Shown here: in pieces, positions 27,199-37,043 of the stretch
Position numbering within the stretch: the stretch's first letter is position 1
How the letters are laid out: the number at the start of each line of letters is the position of its first letter
Made by a program: the position numbers and the translations under genes
NCBI GenBank assembly: GCA_965224245.1
Contig: OZ245046.1
Coordinates: 4,256,001-4,320,000, forward strand
Source of the DNA: Candidatus Eiseniibacteriota bacterium
GTDB taxonomy: Bacteria > Eisenbacteria > RBG-16-71-46 > CAZAMP01
Direction: 5' to 3'
DNA: 64,000 nt
The notes under the pieces: generated by a model
Databases searched by the model: none
What the model was told of the DNA's origin: nothing
What the model saw: the letters and a program-made list of their open reading frames with translations, nothing else

Positions 27199-30108
27199 CT
27201 AGAACGCCTTCGCTGCGGTCTTGAACGCGACGACGTCGGCGATGGCGGGCTCGATCGGCTCGGACGTCGGAGCCCCGTCGGCGTCGAGGTAGACCGCGAG
27301 CGAGGCGGTCTCGCCGTCGGCGAAGGCGCGCTCGAACGCGTCGGCGACCTGGTCCCTCGTGAGGGTCGTCACCGCCTCGGCCACGCGGTCCTTCCAGTCG
27401 AACGCACCTTCCAGCGCCAGCCCCTCGTAGGCCAGCGTGCTCAGCCGCTCGCTCATGTCGGTGTCCTCTTCGGCCAGGATGGCGAGGATGGCGGCGCGAA
27501 GCCCGTCGAACTCCTCGTCCGTGAGATCCCGGAAGCCCGGCACGAGCGTGTCCAGAAACGTGTGGGCCCGCGTCGCCAGCTCGGTGGCGGGGTACTCCCC
27601 AGACTGGATCAGGAAGTACATGCCGACGCTCCGCGTCTGGAGGCGGGGCCCCGCGAACACGATGTAGCCGAGCTGCTGCTGCGTCCGCATCTCGGCGTAG
27701 AAGCGCGAGTCCACGTACGCGTCGACGTAGCGGAGGACGGCCTCGTTGAGCGTGCTCCGCTCACCGAACTGCACGTAGTCGAGCCAGCAGTTGTTGTCCG
27801 ACTTGGTCGAGAACACGTAGCCGTACTCGCCGGCGTCGAGCATGTTGTCGTTGAGCACCGGGATTCGATCGGCCTCGGCGAGCGTGGCCGAGGACACGGT
27901 CGCGTAGAGATCGTCGAGCGCAGAGCGCAGCGCGCCGCCGTCCAGGTTGCCGTACGCACTGCCCTCGATCGCGCTGGTGGCGAACAGCGTCGACGCGTAG
28001 TCCCTGACCTCGGCGAGCGTCACCGAGTCGATGAGATCCCGGTAGTCACGCCGATGGTGGGCGTGGCTGATCAAGAGGTAGTTGAACTCGTAGAACGTCT
28101 GCTGATACGCCTGGTCGAAGTCGGCGTTCGCGTACGAGCGCGCCAGCTGGTCGGTGATGGCACCGAAGGCGTCCTCGTCGATCGTGATCGTGGTCAGCCG
28201 CTCGCCGACCGCGCGGATCAGATCGGGGATCCGCTGCGAGTATCCGTTCAGCCGGAGGCGGATGCCGCGGGAATCGGCATCCATGTCGATGCCGAGGCCG
28301 GCCTCGGCCACCTGGTACGCCCACTCGTTCCAGCTCTCCTCGACCGCGCGGACGTAGAGCTCGGCCAGGAGACGATCGCGGGCGGTGGAGTTCGTCTCCG
28401 GCGTCTGGAGCAGGATCGACACCCGCGCCTTGGGCACGTCGAACCGCGCGTCCTGCTCGAACCAGAACGTCCCCCGGTGATCGTCGATGATCTCGCGGGG
28501 CGCCTCCTGCGACGGGTCGTCGAGGAGCGTGAGATCGTCGGGGATGAACGGGTTCTTGGCCGGGAACGCCATGTCGTCGGTCGGGCGCGCCGCCGCCCAC
28601 CGCGCGACGACGTCGTCCGCGAACCTGGAGACGCCGTACTCGGCGCCGTAGTACTGCTCGACCTGGTCGGTCTCGACGTCGGGCGCGACCAGGGTCACCC
28701 GGACCCGCTCGGGACGAAGATGGCCCAGGAGGTCGGTGTACGCGGTCGGATCGTACTCGTACAGGAGTCGCTCTCGCTCCTCGAACTCGTCGGCGGGGTA
28801 CTCCTGCATCGACGACGCGTACCCGGAGACGGCCCACCAGCCCTCTTCCGGCTCGCGGTAGAAGTAGTTCAGATCGCTGACGGTCTGCTCGTCGGCGAAG
28901 TAGTACTCCTCCAGCCCCTTCTCGCGCATCAGGCTCAGGTAGGCGAAGGTGAGCTCGAGGACCCGCTCGACGTTCGCGCGGCCCTTCTCGGTCAGCGTGA
29001 TCCCGATGTTGAAGTAGCCGGTGTACGTCTCGCTCCAGCCCGATGCGCCGAGCCCGGTGGCCAGGTTCTCGGTCTTCAGGCGCGACAGGAGCGACCCCTC
29101 GCCCTCGTAGCCCAGGACCGATCCGATCAGCAGATGGGGCTTGGATCGATAGAGGTCGTACAGCGGCGGCGTGGCGAACTCCAGCGTCAGCTGGCGGAGA
29201 TCGGCGATCGGACGCACCTGGATGAGCTGCGGCAGATCGTCCGCGTCGAACACGTCCGACGGGTATTCCGGTCGCTCGAGCCCGCGGTTCGGGATCGGCG
29301 AGAACTTCTCGCGCACCGAGGCTTCGAGCGCGTCGAGCGGCTGGTTGCTCATGACGCAGAGCTTCATCAGGTTCGCCGAGTAGTGCGTCTGATAGAACTC
29401 CATCATCTGATCGCGCGTGACCGACTCCAGCGTCTCCAGGTTGCCGGTCGAGAACCGCTGCCGGGGATGCCCCTCGCGGTGCAGGTAGCGCTGGACCATC
29501 CGCGTGCGCCAACCGTCGTCCTGGATGTTCTTGACGTGTTCGGAGTTGACGGCGTTCATCTCCCGATCGACGTACTCCGCGTCCATCCGGGGCGCGATGA
29601 AGAACTGGGCGAAGCGATCGAGCGCGCCGTCGAACGCGTCGTGGTTGATCTCGAAGAGGTAGTTGGTGTTCTCGCTCGAGGTGTAGGCGTTGTTCGAGCC
29701 GCCGTTCTGGCTGAGGTACTCGTCGTACTCGCCCACGTCGGGATACTTCTCCGTGCCCAGAAACAGCATGTGCTCCAGGAAGTGCGCCATCCCGAGGTGC
29801 TCCCAGGGGTCGGCCAGCGATCCGACGCCCACGTCGAGGGCGGCCGCGGACTTCTGCACCGACGGATCGGAGATCAGGAGCGCGTCGAGCCCGTTGTCGA
29901 GGGTGATGACACGCGTGTTCTCGAAGGCGTTCGGGCGCTCGGCCCGGAAGTCCACCACGGACGTGCGCTCCAGGAGGAGACGCTGAGCGTCGCTGAGCGC
30001 TTCGTCGGCCATGTCCGTGGACCGGACGGCGACGTCCTTCGAGCAGCTGGTGGCGAGCGTGGCGCACGCGAGCGCCAGCCCGGCGCGCCAGAGGAGGCGG
30101 TTGTTCAT
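27199..30108 (-). CDS. Insulinase-family (M16A, pitrilysin-like) zinc protease, predicted lipoprotein
   Basis: Lipobox ATSC, inverted zinc motif HFLEH, NAYTS, and RTQQQLGYIV. Confidence 0.93.
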   Translation of the reverse strand: MNNRLLWRAGLALACATLATSCSKDVAVRSTDMADEALSDAQRLLLERTSVVDFRAERPNAFENTRVITLDNGLDALLISDPSVQKSAAALDVGVGSLADPWEHLGMAHFLEHMLFLGTEKYPDVGEYDEYLSQNGGSNNAYTSSENTNYLFEINHDAFDGALDRFAQFFIAPRMDAEYVDREMNAVNSEHVKNIQDDGWRTRMVQRYLHREGHPRQRFSTGNLETLESVTRDQMMEFYQTHYSANLMKLCVMSNQPLDALEASVREKFSPIPNRGLERPEYPSDVFDADDLPQLIQVRPIADLRQLTLEFATPPLYDLYRSKPHLLIGSVLGYEGEGSLLSRLKTENLATGLGASGWSETYTGYFNIGITLTEKGRANVERVLELTFAYLSLMREKGLEEYYFADEQTVSDLNYFYREPEEGWWAVSGYASSMQEYPADEFEERERLLYEYDPTAYTDLLGHLRPERVRVTLVAPDVETDQVEQYYGAEYGVSRFADDVVARWAAARPTDDMAFPAKNPFIPDDLTLLDDPSQEAPREIIDDHRGTFWFEQDARFDVPKARVSILLQTPETNSTARDRLLAELYVRAVEESWNEWAYQVAEAGLGIDMDADSRGIRLRLNGYSQRIPDLIRAVGERLTTITIDEDAFGAITDQLARSYANADFDQAYQQTFYEFNYLLISHAHHRRDYRDLIDSVTLAEVRDYASTLFATSAIEGSAYGNLDGGALRSALDDLYATVSSATLAEADRIPVLNDNMLDAGEYGYVFSTKSDNNCWLDYVQFGERSTLNEAVLRYVDAYVDSRFYAEMRTQQQLGYIVFAGPRLQTRSVGMYFLIQSGEYPATELATRAHTFLDTLVPGFRDLTDEEFDGLRAAILAILAEEDTDMSERLSTLAYEGLALEGAFDWKDRVAEAVTTLTRDQVADAFERAFADGETASLAVYLDADGAPTSEPIEPAIADVVAFKTAAKAF

Positions 30109-30427
30109 CGTTGGATTCTCCGTCGGAAAGGCAGAACGGCCGTTTTTCAGCGCCCAGAGCCTACATCGTGCCCGTCGGGGCCGAAACGGATTTCGAGAGA
30201 CCGGGAGCGGGGGAATGTCGATGGAGTTACCTCCGCGGCCGCCCCCGGCGTTGCACTTTCTCGGTCCGAGGGCCGATCGGGCGGATCCCGGAGGGCCGGA
30301 ACATCGTATCGTGTACGCGCCCGCGACATCGAAACCGGAGAGCCGGCCCGCGGGTACTCAGGGTCAGCGCCCCGACACGGGACGCGGACGCACCGCGGAC
30401 ACCGCCGAGGGGCCACGGGAGGTCCGG

Positions 30428-31168
30428 ATGACGAAGGTCGACCCCGACAGTCCTCAATTCGCTGAAAACAAGGGACTTGCGCGAACGACCGGACGCGCGA
30501 AACGATTCCTCCGGGAGTGGCTGGTCCCGTTCGCGCTGGTTCTGGCCGTGGTGACGCCGCTCCGGGCGGCGCTGGCCGACTGGTACCACGTGCCGTCGGG
30601 CTCGATGCGGCCGACCATCGTCGAGGGCGATCGGATCTTCGTGGCCAACTGCGCGTTCGGGCTCCGAATCCCGATGACTCGAACCTGGATCGCCCGCTGG
30701 GCGGTGCCCGAGCGCGGCGACGTCGTCACCCTGGCCTCTCCCGAGGACGGCACCCGGCTCGTCAAGCGCGTCATCGGGGTGCCCGGCGATCGCATCGCGC
30801 TCAGGAACAACCGCCTGATCGTGAACGGACACGCCATCGCCTACGTTCCCGAGGGCGAGTCGATCGACTCCCTCCCCGACGGTCGCGACGTCACCGTTCG
30901 CATCGCGACCGAGGAGCTGCCCCACCACGAGCACCGCGTGACGTTCACGCCGGGCTACGGCGCGTTCCGGTCGTTCGGTCCCGTCGTGGTGCCCGACGGT
31001 CAGTACTTCGTGATGGGCGACAACCGCGACCAGAGCTTCGACTCGCGCGGCTTCGGCTTCGTGCCCCTGGAGAACATCTTCGGGCGGTCCAGCCACGTCG
31101 TGCTCTCCGGCGACCCCGATCGGTTCTATCTGCCGCGCATCGATCGGTTCCTGCACCGGCTCGACTGA
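30428..31168 (+). CDS. lepB: Signal peptidase I
   Basis: VPSGSMRPT (Ser), LVKRVIG (Lys) and MGDNRDQSFDSR. Confidence 0.95.
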   Translation: MTKVDPDSPQFAENKGLARTTGRAKRFLREWLVPFALVLAVVTPLRAALADWYHVPSGSMRPTIVEGDRIFVANCAFGLRIPMTRTWIARWAVPERGDVVTLASPEDGTRLVKRVIGVPGDRIALRNNRLIVNGHAIAYVPEGESIDSLPDGRDVTVRIATEELPHHEHRVTFTPGYGAFRSFGPVVVPDGQYFVMGDNRDQSFDSRGFGFVPLENIFGRSSHVVLSGDPDRFYLPRIDRFLHRLD

Positions 31169-31270
31169 CACCGACTCGACGGCGGGATCGGCTCAGGGGC
31201 ATACTCCAGCATCCGCATCCGAGCGTATGTCTCGGCGCGTAGACGTGCACCGAATCGTGGAGGGATCCCC

Positions 31271-32923
31271 GTGAATCAGCATCCCCTCGCCGGCAAGCTC
31301 GCTCCGCCATCCGACCTGGAGGACATTCCAGCGCTGCTGGCCGCCTTCGAGTCGCGACGCCCCGACCCCACTGTCGCCACCGAACGAGTGAGCTTCGGAA
31401 CTTCGGGGCATCGCGGCTCTTCCCTCGACGGCTCTTTCAACGCAGATCACATCCGTGCGATATGCCAGGCGATCGCCGAGCACCGCCGTGCCGACGGCAT
31501 CACGGGTCCCCTGTTCCTCGGCATGGACACGCACGCGCTGTCGAGACCGGCCCGCTGCACCGCCCTCGAGGTGTTCGCCGCCAACGCAATGGAAGTGCGG
31601 TTGGCGCCCGACGAGGGTTTCACACCGACACCCGTGATCTCGCACGCGATCCTGACCCACAATCGTCGGTGCGGGCGCGCGCTCGCCGATGGCGTGATTC
31701 TCACGCCATCGCACAATCCCCCACGCGATGGTGGAATCAAGTACAACCCACCGAGCGGAGGCCCTGCGGACACGACGACGACCGCCGCGATCGAAACCCG
31801 TGCCAATGCTCTTCTCGAGGCCAACCTCGTCGGGGTCGAGTCCGTTCCCTACGAGCGGGCGCTCCGCGCCGTTGGAACGCGTGAGTACGACTACGTGACG
31901 CCGTATGTGAACGATCTCCCGTCAGTGATCGATTTCGATGTGATTAGGACCTCAGGGCTGAGAATCGGCGTCGATCCGATGGGTGGCGCGGGAGTCAGCT
32001 ACTGGCAGCCGGTCGCCGACCGATACGGGCTCCAGATCGACGTCGTGAATCAGCGGATCGATCCCACGTTCGCGTTCATGCACCTGGACAAGGACGGGGC
32101 GATCCGCATGGACTGCTCATCCCCCTGGGCGATGAGTGGCCTCGTCGAGATGCGCAGTCGATTCGACATTGCGTTCGGCAACGATCCCGACGCGGACCGA
32201 CATGGGATCGTGACGCCCTCTGGCCTGATGAACCCCAATCACTTCCTTTCTGTTTGTGTTCAGTATCTCCTCGCCTCCAGACCAGACTGGTCCGGGCTGG
32301 GCACCATCGGCAAGACGCTCGTCTCGAGCTCGATGATCGATCGTGTGGTCCGGGAGGCGGGAAGACCACTCTACGAGGTCCCCGTCGGTTTCAAGTGGTT
32401 CGTCGAGAAGCTCGCTTCCGGCGAGATGGTGTTCGCGGGCGAGGAGAGTGCCGGGGCAACATTCCTTCGCCGCGATGGAAGTGTGTGGAGCACGGACAAG
32501 GATGGGATCCTGCTCAATCTACTCGGCTGCGAGATCACGGCCAGCACGGGCAAGAACCCCGCTCAACACTACTCAGATCTAGAGGAACGCTTTGGCCGCC
32601 CGGTCTACCGACGATCGGACATCCCCGCCACCGCCGAGCAAAAGGCCGCGCTTCGATCGCTTTCGAGTGAGGCGATCTCCGCCGACAAGCTCGCCGGAGA
32701 TCCCGTCAAGGCGATCCACGTGACGGCTCCCGGCAATCGGGCACCGATCGGGGGCGTGAAGGTCGAGAGTGACCGAGGGTGGTTCGCCGCCCGACCCTCA
32801 GGTACGGAGTCCGTTTACAAGGTCTACGCCGAGAGCTTTCGTGGGCAACCGCACCTGGAGGAAATCGAAAGCGAGGCGAGATCGATCATCGAGGCGGCAT
32901 TCCGCCGTGCAGGCATCGACTAG
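31271..32923 (+). CDS. pgm: Phosphoglucomutase (alpha-D-glucose-1,6-bisphosphate-dependent)
   Basis: FGTSGHRGSS, TPSHNPP, DPDADR, GEESAG and RPSGTE; GC is lower than in flanking genes. Confidence 0.95.
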   Translation: MNQHPLAGKLAPPSDLEDIPALLAAFESRRPDPTVATERVSFGTSGHRGSSLDGSFNADHIRAICQAIAEHRRADGITGPLFLGMDTHALSRPARCTALEVFAANAMEVRLAPDEGFTPTPVISHAILTHNRRCGRALADGVILTPSHNPPRDGGIKYNPPSGGPADTTTTAAIETRANALLEANLVGVESVPYERALRAVGTREYDYVTPYVNDLPSVIDFDVIRTSGLRIGVDPMGGAGVSYWQPVADRYGLQIDVVNQRIDPTFAFMHLDKDGAIRMDCSSPWAMSGLVEMRSRFDIAFGNDPDADRHGIVTPSGLMNPNHFLSVCVQYLLASRPDWSGLGTIGKTLVSSSMIDRVVREAGRPLYEVPVGFKWFVEKLASGEMVFAGEESAGATFLRRDGSVWSTDKDGILLNLLGCEITASTGKNPAQHYSDLEERFGRPVYRRSDIPATAEQKAALRSLSSEAISADKLAGDPVKAIHVTAPGNRAPIGGVKVESDRGWFAARPSGTESVYKVYAESFRGQPHLEEIESEARSIIEAAFRRAGID

Positions 32924-34359
32924 AGGTCAAACCGCGTGCCGATCTCGATCTTGCCTCCCTCCGCCGCGCCGTGGAGTGAACGATGCGCCTCTCGCGTCTC
33001 GCTGAGAATTGCCGATCCTGATCGATCGACGTTCTCCAGGTTCAGCTGGGGGTCGAAATCAGCCCAGCACAGGCGAGCGGCGCCGAACGCAGGGGCGTGC
33101 CCGAGCACGTCCCGCCAGACCGGCCTACCGATGGCCGCCGATAGCCCCTCGGCCAGGTCCTTCGATGCACCGCCACCGGTCAGGAGGATCCTGCCTGTCG
33201 CGCCCTGTGGGAACAGAGCCTCGATGTCCTTCAGCTGTCCCGCCAGGTTCAACACCTGATCCAGACGTAGAGCATCCAAGAGGGCCTCGCCATCGACGGT
33301 GTGACGACCGAGGACGCCCGGCGTGACTCGAAACAGAGACTCACGATTCCAGGCAAGGGGGCCGGAGACCAGCCGAAGCGCTTCCGGCACGGCTCGTTTC
33401 GCGGACCACGGCGGAGTGTTCAGCGCTCGGTCACCCGCGCGGCGACATATCCACGCCCGTACATGTCCACTTGCCCCTGCGGACGTCTCGGCCACCCACC
33501 GATCGGTGGCGAGCTCCGACAGCCAGGGGATGGAGTCGCGAGGAGCCGCCGTCGATTGCTGTCCCGACGCGAGCACGTACTGCAGTGGACACGTCGAGCC
33601 TGCAGTGACGACGGCATCGCCAATCCGCGCGCCGACGCCGCGAGTCGCCATCTGGGTGTCGCCACCTCCCACGATCACGGGGATCTCCGTCGTCACGAGA
33701 CGTCTGATCTCGGGCACGATGACCGACCCGGCAACGTCACCAGGATTCCGCAGCGCGCCAATCTCGGGCAGATTCACGAGTCGACCTCCGTGGAAACCGG
33801 AGATCTGGTCGCGATCCTCGAGCGAGTACAGCTGGGCAGATGACAGAATGCTGGGCTCGCAGACCAGTTGGCCGGTCAGCTCGAGCACGATCCAATCGTG
33901 AACGAACGCCAGGTGGCTCGCCCTCGCCCAGGCCGGCGGGTGGTTGTGTGCCAGCCAGAGCAGCTTCAGCAACGTCGAGAACGGGGGCGTCCAGACTCGA
34001 CTCGCCCCCTCATAGTACTCGAGCTCCTGCAAGTGATCGTCGAGAAGCGACTTCCCGCGCGTGTCGAGATTCATCACCCCCTCTGACACGGGCTCATTGC
34101 CGTCGAGCAAGACGAACGCTTGCCGAATCGAGCCCACGACGATGCCATCGATCCGTTCACCACGATCGACAGCCCACGCCACGGCACGCCTCATTGCTTC
34201 GAGAACGATGCGCGACCACTCGGAGGGTTCGAACGAGAGCATCGCCCCTCTCGCCGTGAGCGGCAGGACGTACGACTCACCAGAGACGACTCCATCATGG
34301 GTTATCGCCTGTAGCTTTAGCGCTGAACCGCCGACATCCACGTAGAAGACGACGCTCAT
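32920..34359 (-). CDS. FGGY-family carbohydrate kinase (LsrK/xylulokinase-like, divergent)
   Basis: VDVGGSALK, SIRQAFVLLD...NLDTRG, KLLWL, HDWI, VGGGDTQ, AGST and LTGGGAS. Stop overlaps the pgm stop. Confidence 0.85.
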   Translation of the reverse strand: MSVVFYVDVGGSALKLQAITHDGVVSGESYVLPLTARGAMLSFEPSEWSRIVLEAMRRAVAWAVDRGERIDGIVVGSIRQAFVLLDGNEPVSEGVMNLDTRGKSLLDDHLQELEYYEGASRVWTPPFSTLLKLLWLAHNHPPAWARASHLAFVHDWIVLELTGQLVCEPSILSSAQLYSLEDRDQISGFHGGRLVNLPEIGALRNPGDVAGSVIVPEIRRLVTTEIPVIVGGGDTQMATRGVGARIGDAVVTAGSTCPLQYVLASGQQSTAAPRDSIPWLSELATDRWVAETSAGASGHVRAWICRRAGDRALNTPPWSAKRAVPEALRLVSGPLAWNRESLFRVTPGVLGRHTVDGEALLDALRLDQVLNLAGQLKDIEALFPQGATGRILLTGGGASKDLAEGLSAAIGRPVWRDVLGHAPAFGAARLCWADFDPQLNLENVDRSGSAILSETREAHRSLHGAAEGGKIEIGTRFDL

Positions 34360-35690
34360 GCCGGTGTCGTGGGGTGTGCTCGATCTCGAACTTCTAGGAT
34401 CTGATCGACGATCTCCTGAAAGCTACCGTCCTCGGAGAGAATGTGTGTCGTCATCTCGGGCAAGCTGGCTCGCACACCTCGATCATCATCGCTGTCCCCG
34501 ATGAAATGGCATGCTCCACGATTCAGAACGAGTCTCTGGATCGCGTCCTCGAACATCCCCGCCTTGGGCTTTCGGCAGTTGCACCCCTCGTGCTCGGCGT
34601 GCGTGCAGTAGATGATCCGATCGAAGTAAACCCCATGCTGCCGAAACGCGTTCTTCATTCGCTGAGTGAGCCGTGCGAGCCCGCTCGTCGGCGAGACGCC
34701 GATCGCGACAGAATGCTGGTTACTCACGATCACCAGCCGATAACCTGCCGACGCCAGCCGTTTCAATCCCTCCACGCGACCGGGAAGAACCTCGATATCG
34801 ACCGTGTCGGGATCGTCGAAGTACGACACGTTCTTGATCAACGTGTCGTCACGGTCGAGAAACACTGCCTTCGATCGAGCGATCCCCCGCTCGACCCACT
34901 CGATCTCCCGATCGGCGGCCAACGCCACGTCCCACTCCGCATCGAACCACTTCGACATGGCTTCGAACCATGTCGACCCTTGCGCGACCTTGACGCAGGG
35001 TGAGTCATGCCCCGGCCGCCTGTCGGCAAAGGGAGACACGTACATGGTAGTCGTGCCGCCGAGGAGGTGGAACTGGATCGGCTGCAGCGACCACCTAACC
35101 GAGGCTTGTAGCTCCGCCAGTGACATCAGATGGCGGGTGCAGATCACGATTCGCTCTCGCATGAGACGATACTGCTGATTGGGCTCGGCATCGCAGCGAG
35201 CACGGAGGTGCGGTGATGACGGGTGAGCCAGTAGCACGCGGATCCTGCGTTCACTCTGCTGCACGTTTGCTAGGAGCTCACCCCACTCCTTCGAGGTGAG
35301 GGGGAGTGTGGTGTCCCACTCACCCGAGATCGACGCCAGCCGAAGCGGCCAGCTGCCATCCTGCGCAAACTGCTCAAGCCGACGACGCGCTGTGGAGATC
35401 CGGGCCTCCCGACCCGCCGGGAACCACGTCCGTCTTCCCTCGACGAACTCGAGGTCGGTGACACGGACGCGACGTACCCGGCGACGAAGGAGCAGAGCCA
35501 CCAGGACCAGGACACCGGTCGCGAGGGCGGTCAGCAGGCGCATCGCAGCGCGCTGCTCGCTTGTCCAGTCACTTGCGAACGGGAAAAGGGCGCTGATGTC
35601 GGCGAGCACCGAGTAGTAAGTACCGAAGGAGACGGCGATCGCGGTTATCCAATACGCAGGCGGCAGGACCGCCTTGGAACTAGTCGGCAT
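34356..35690 (-). CDS. 2xTM + DUF5919-like domain + HAD-IIIA (GmhB-type) phosphatase fusion
   Basis: Two N-terminal hydrophobic helices; middle IRVLLAHPSS...MYVSPF...GHDSP...WFDAEWD; C-terminal FLDRDDTL, VSNQ, CTH...CNCRKP and IGDS. Confidence 0.8.
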   Translation of the reverse strand: MPTSSKAVLPPAYWITAIAVSFGTYYSVLADISALFPFASDWTSEQRAAMRLLTALATGVLVLVALLLRRRVRRVRVTDLEFVEGRRTWFPAGREARISTARRRLEQFAQDGSWPLRLASISGEWDTTLPLTSKEWGELLANVQQSERRIRVLLAHPSSPHLRARCDAEPNQQYRLMRERIVICTRHLMSLAELQASVRWSLQPIQFHLLGGTTTMYVSPFADRRPGHDSPCVKVAQGSTWFEAMSKWFDAEWDVALAADREIEWVERGIARSKAVFLDRDDTLIKNVSYFDDPDTVDIEVLPGRVEGLKRLASAGYRLVIVSNQHSVAIGVSPTSGLARLTQRMKNAFRQHGVYFDRIIYCTHAEHEGCNCRKPKAGMFEDAIQRLVLNRGACHFIGDSDDDRGVRASLPEMTTHILSEDGSFQEIVDQILEVRDRAHPTTPA

Positions 35691-35738
35691 CCCTAAACCC
35701 GTCGTGTCGACTGTGCTTGACCACTAGTTTGTCGAGTG

Positions 35739-35766
35739 AGTTTACCGCAGCACTATTCCGGCGCAA
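35739..35766 (-). promoter_or_regulatory. sigma70-like promoter for the HAD/kinase pair
   Basis: Minus strand reads TTGCGC-N16-TAAACT, about 50 nt upstream of ATG 35690. Confidence 0.45.
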
Positions 35767-35910
35767 AGTGACGTCGGGATCCGCTCGAGGCGGGTCGACG
35801 CAGTCGCTGTCAATCGATTCGTCGGCGATGCTTGAGGACGCACCTCCGGCAGGAGCGGATGCGCTCGTTTGGGCGCGCGTCCGTTCAGGCCAGCGGTCCG
35901 CGCCGGAGCT

Positions 35911-36987
35911 TCAGTCCGACGTCCCGGACGCCCCGAACACCGACCGCAGCTGCGTCCAGGACATCCTCGAGATCGGCACCACGGTGTCGTACAGCGTCGT
36001 CCGGTAGTTCAGGAGCACGCATCGCATGCGCTGCGCCTGCTCGGGCGTGAAGTTCGTCATGCAGGTGTCGTCGGAGTAGTCCATGTAGTTGTGGTACGGG
36101 TCCGGGGTCGAGCAGCTCTCCGACGACACGGGGCACCCGAACACCGAGGCCTCCTCGGGGCTCGTGTCGCAGATGCGATCCCCGCTGGAGTAACAGTTGG
36201 GGGGAGCCTCGGCCTGACAGCCGTCCTGGAACGTGTGGAAGAGCCCGAGGTAGTGACCGACCTCGTGCGTGGCCGTGCGGCCCTGCGAGTACGGTCCGCC
36301 GCCGACCGCAGGACGGCCGAAGGCGCTCCACAGGATGACCACGCGATCCTCAGCGGTGCCTCGGCGCGCATCCTGGGGCAGAAACGGCACGTAGCCGAGC
36401 GCCGCCCCGGCCTTCGGATTGAGCGTGTAGATGTTCAGATACTCGTTGGGATCCCACGCGAGCGACGTCCAGTAGTCCCCGTCGTCGTTGAACCAGGTCG
36501 CGTTCGTGGTCCGCGTGATCCCGTTGGTCGGCGAGCCGTCGGGCATCTCGGTGGCGAGCTTGAACGCGATGCGGGTGTCGGTGCCGCCGGCCCCCGGCGT
36601 TCCCGCCATGGCCTGGAAGTCCTCGTTCATCACGTCGATCTGGCTGCGGACCAGCTCGTCGGTCAGGTCGCCCTGACCCATCCCGTTCGCGATGATGTGA
36701 ACGACGACCGGAATCTCGTAGATGTTGCCGGGCAGGTAGGCGTCGTTCAGCGTCGTCGACGTGAGGCTGCAGTCGCTGGGAGGCGTCGCGGCGAGGTCGG
36801 CCGCGTCCAGCTCCGGCGTCGCGCAGCGGCCCCCCACGGCGCGGAACACGTCCGACGCCCAGTAGGCCTCGTAGGTCTCGAATGCCTGTCCCTCGACGAC
36901 CACCGGTGCCTCGGCGGCGGCGAGCGAGGCCGCGGCCAGCGCGACCGGGAGCGGTGCGAGACCTCTCTGCAGCGCGATTCGCTTCAT
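35911..36987 (-). CDS. Secreted M43 (ulilysin/pappalysin-like) zinc metalloprotease
   Basis: Signal peptide, RCAT prodomain Cys, HEVGHYLGLFH, Met-turn NYMDY, and GGAGGAG RBS. Confidence 0.92.
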   Translation of the reverse strand: MKRIALQRGLAPLPVALAAASLAAAEAPVVVEGQAFETYEAYWASDVFRAVGGRCATPELDAADLAATPPSDCSLTSTTLNDAYLPGNIYEIPVVVHIIANGMGQGDLTDELVRSQIDVMNEDFQAMAGTPGAGGTDTRIAFKLATEMPDGSPTNGITRTTNATWFNDDGDYWTSLAWDPNEYLNIYTLNPKAGAALGYVPFLPQDARRGTAEDRVVILWSAFGRPAVGGGPYSQGRTATHEVGHYLGLFHTFQDGCQAEAPPNCYSSGDRICDTSPEEASVFGCPVSSESCSTPDPYHNYMDYSDDTCMTNFTPEQAQRMRCVLLNYRTTLYDTVVPISRMSWTQLRSVFGASGTSD

Positions 36988-37043
36988 GACTCCTCCGTGA
37001 AAGGACCTCCGCCGCGGGCTCGCCCCGGCGACACGTCGATCAA

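Noticed and set aside
27025-30465. 1146-aa plus-strand ORF, and similar long ORFs at 3447-5804, 49215-52397, 52932-55007 and 56091-58850
   Set aside because: Antisense shadows of well-supported genes, expected in high-GC DNA, with no recognisable motifs.
31170-35910. Low-GC island as a defined mobile element
   Set aside because: No integrase, transposase, tRNA target or terminal direct/inverted repeats were seen, so it is reported only as a compositional island.
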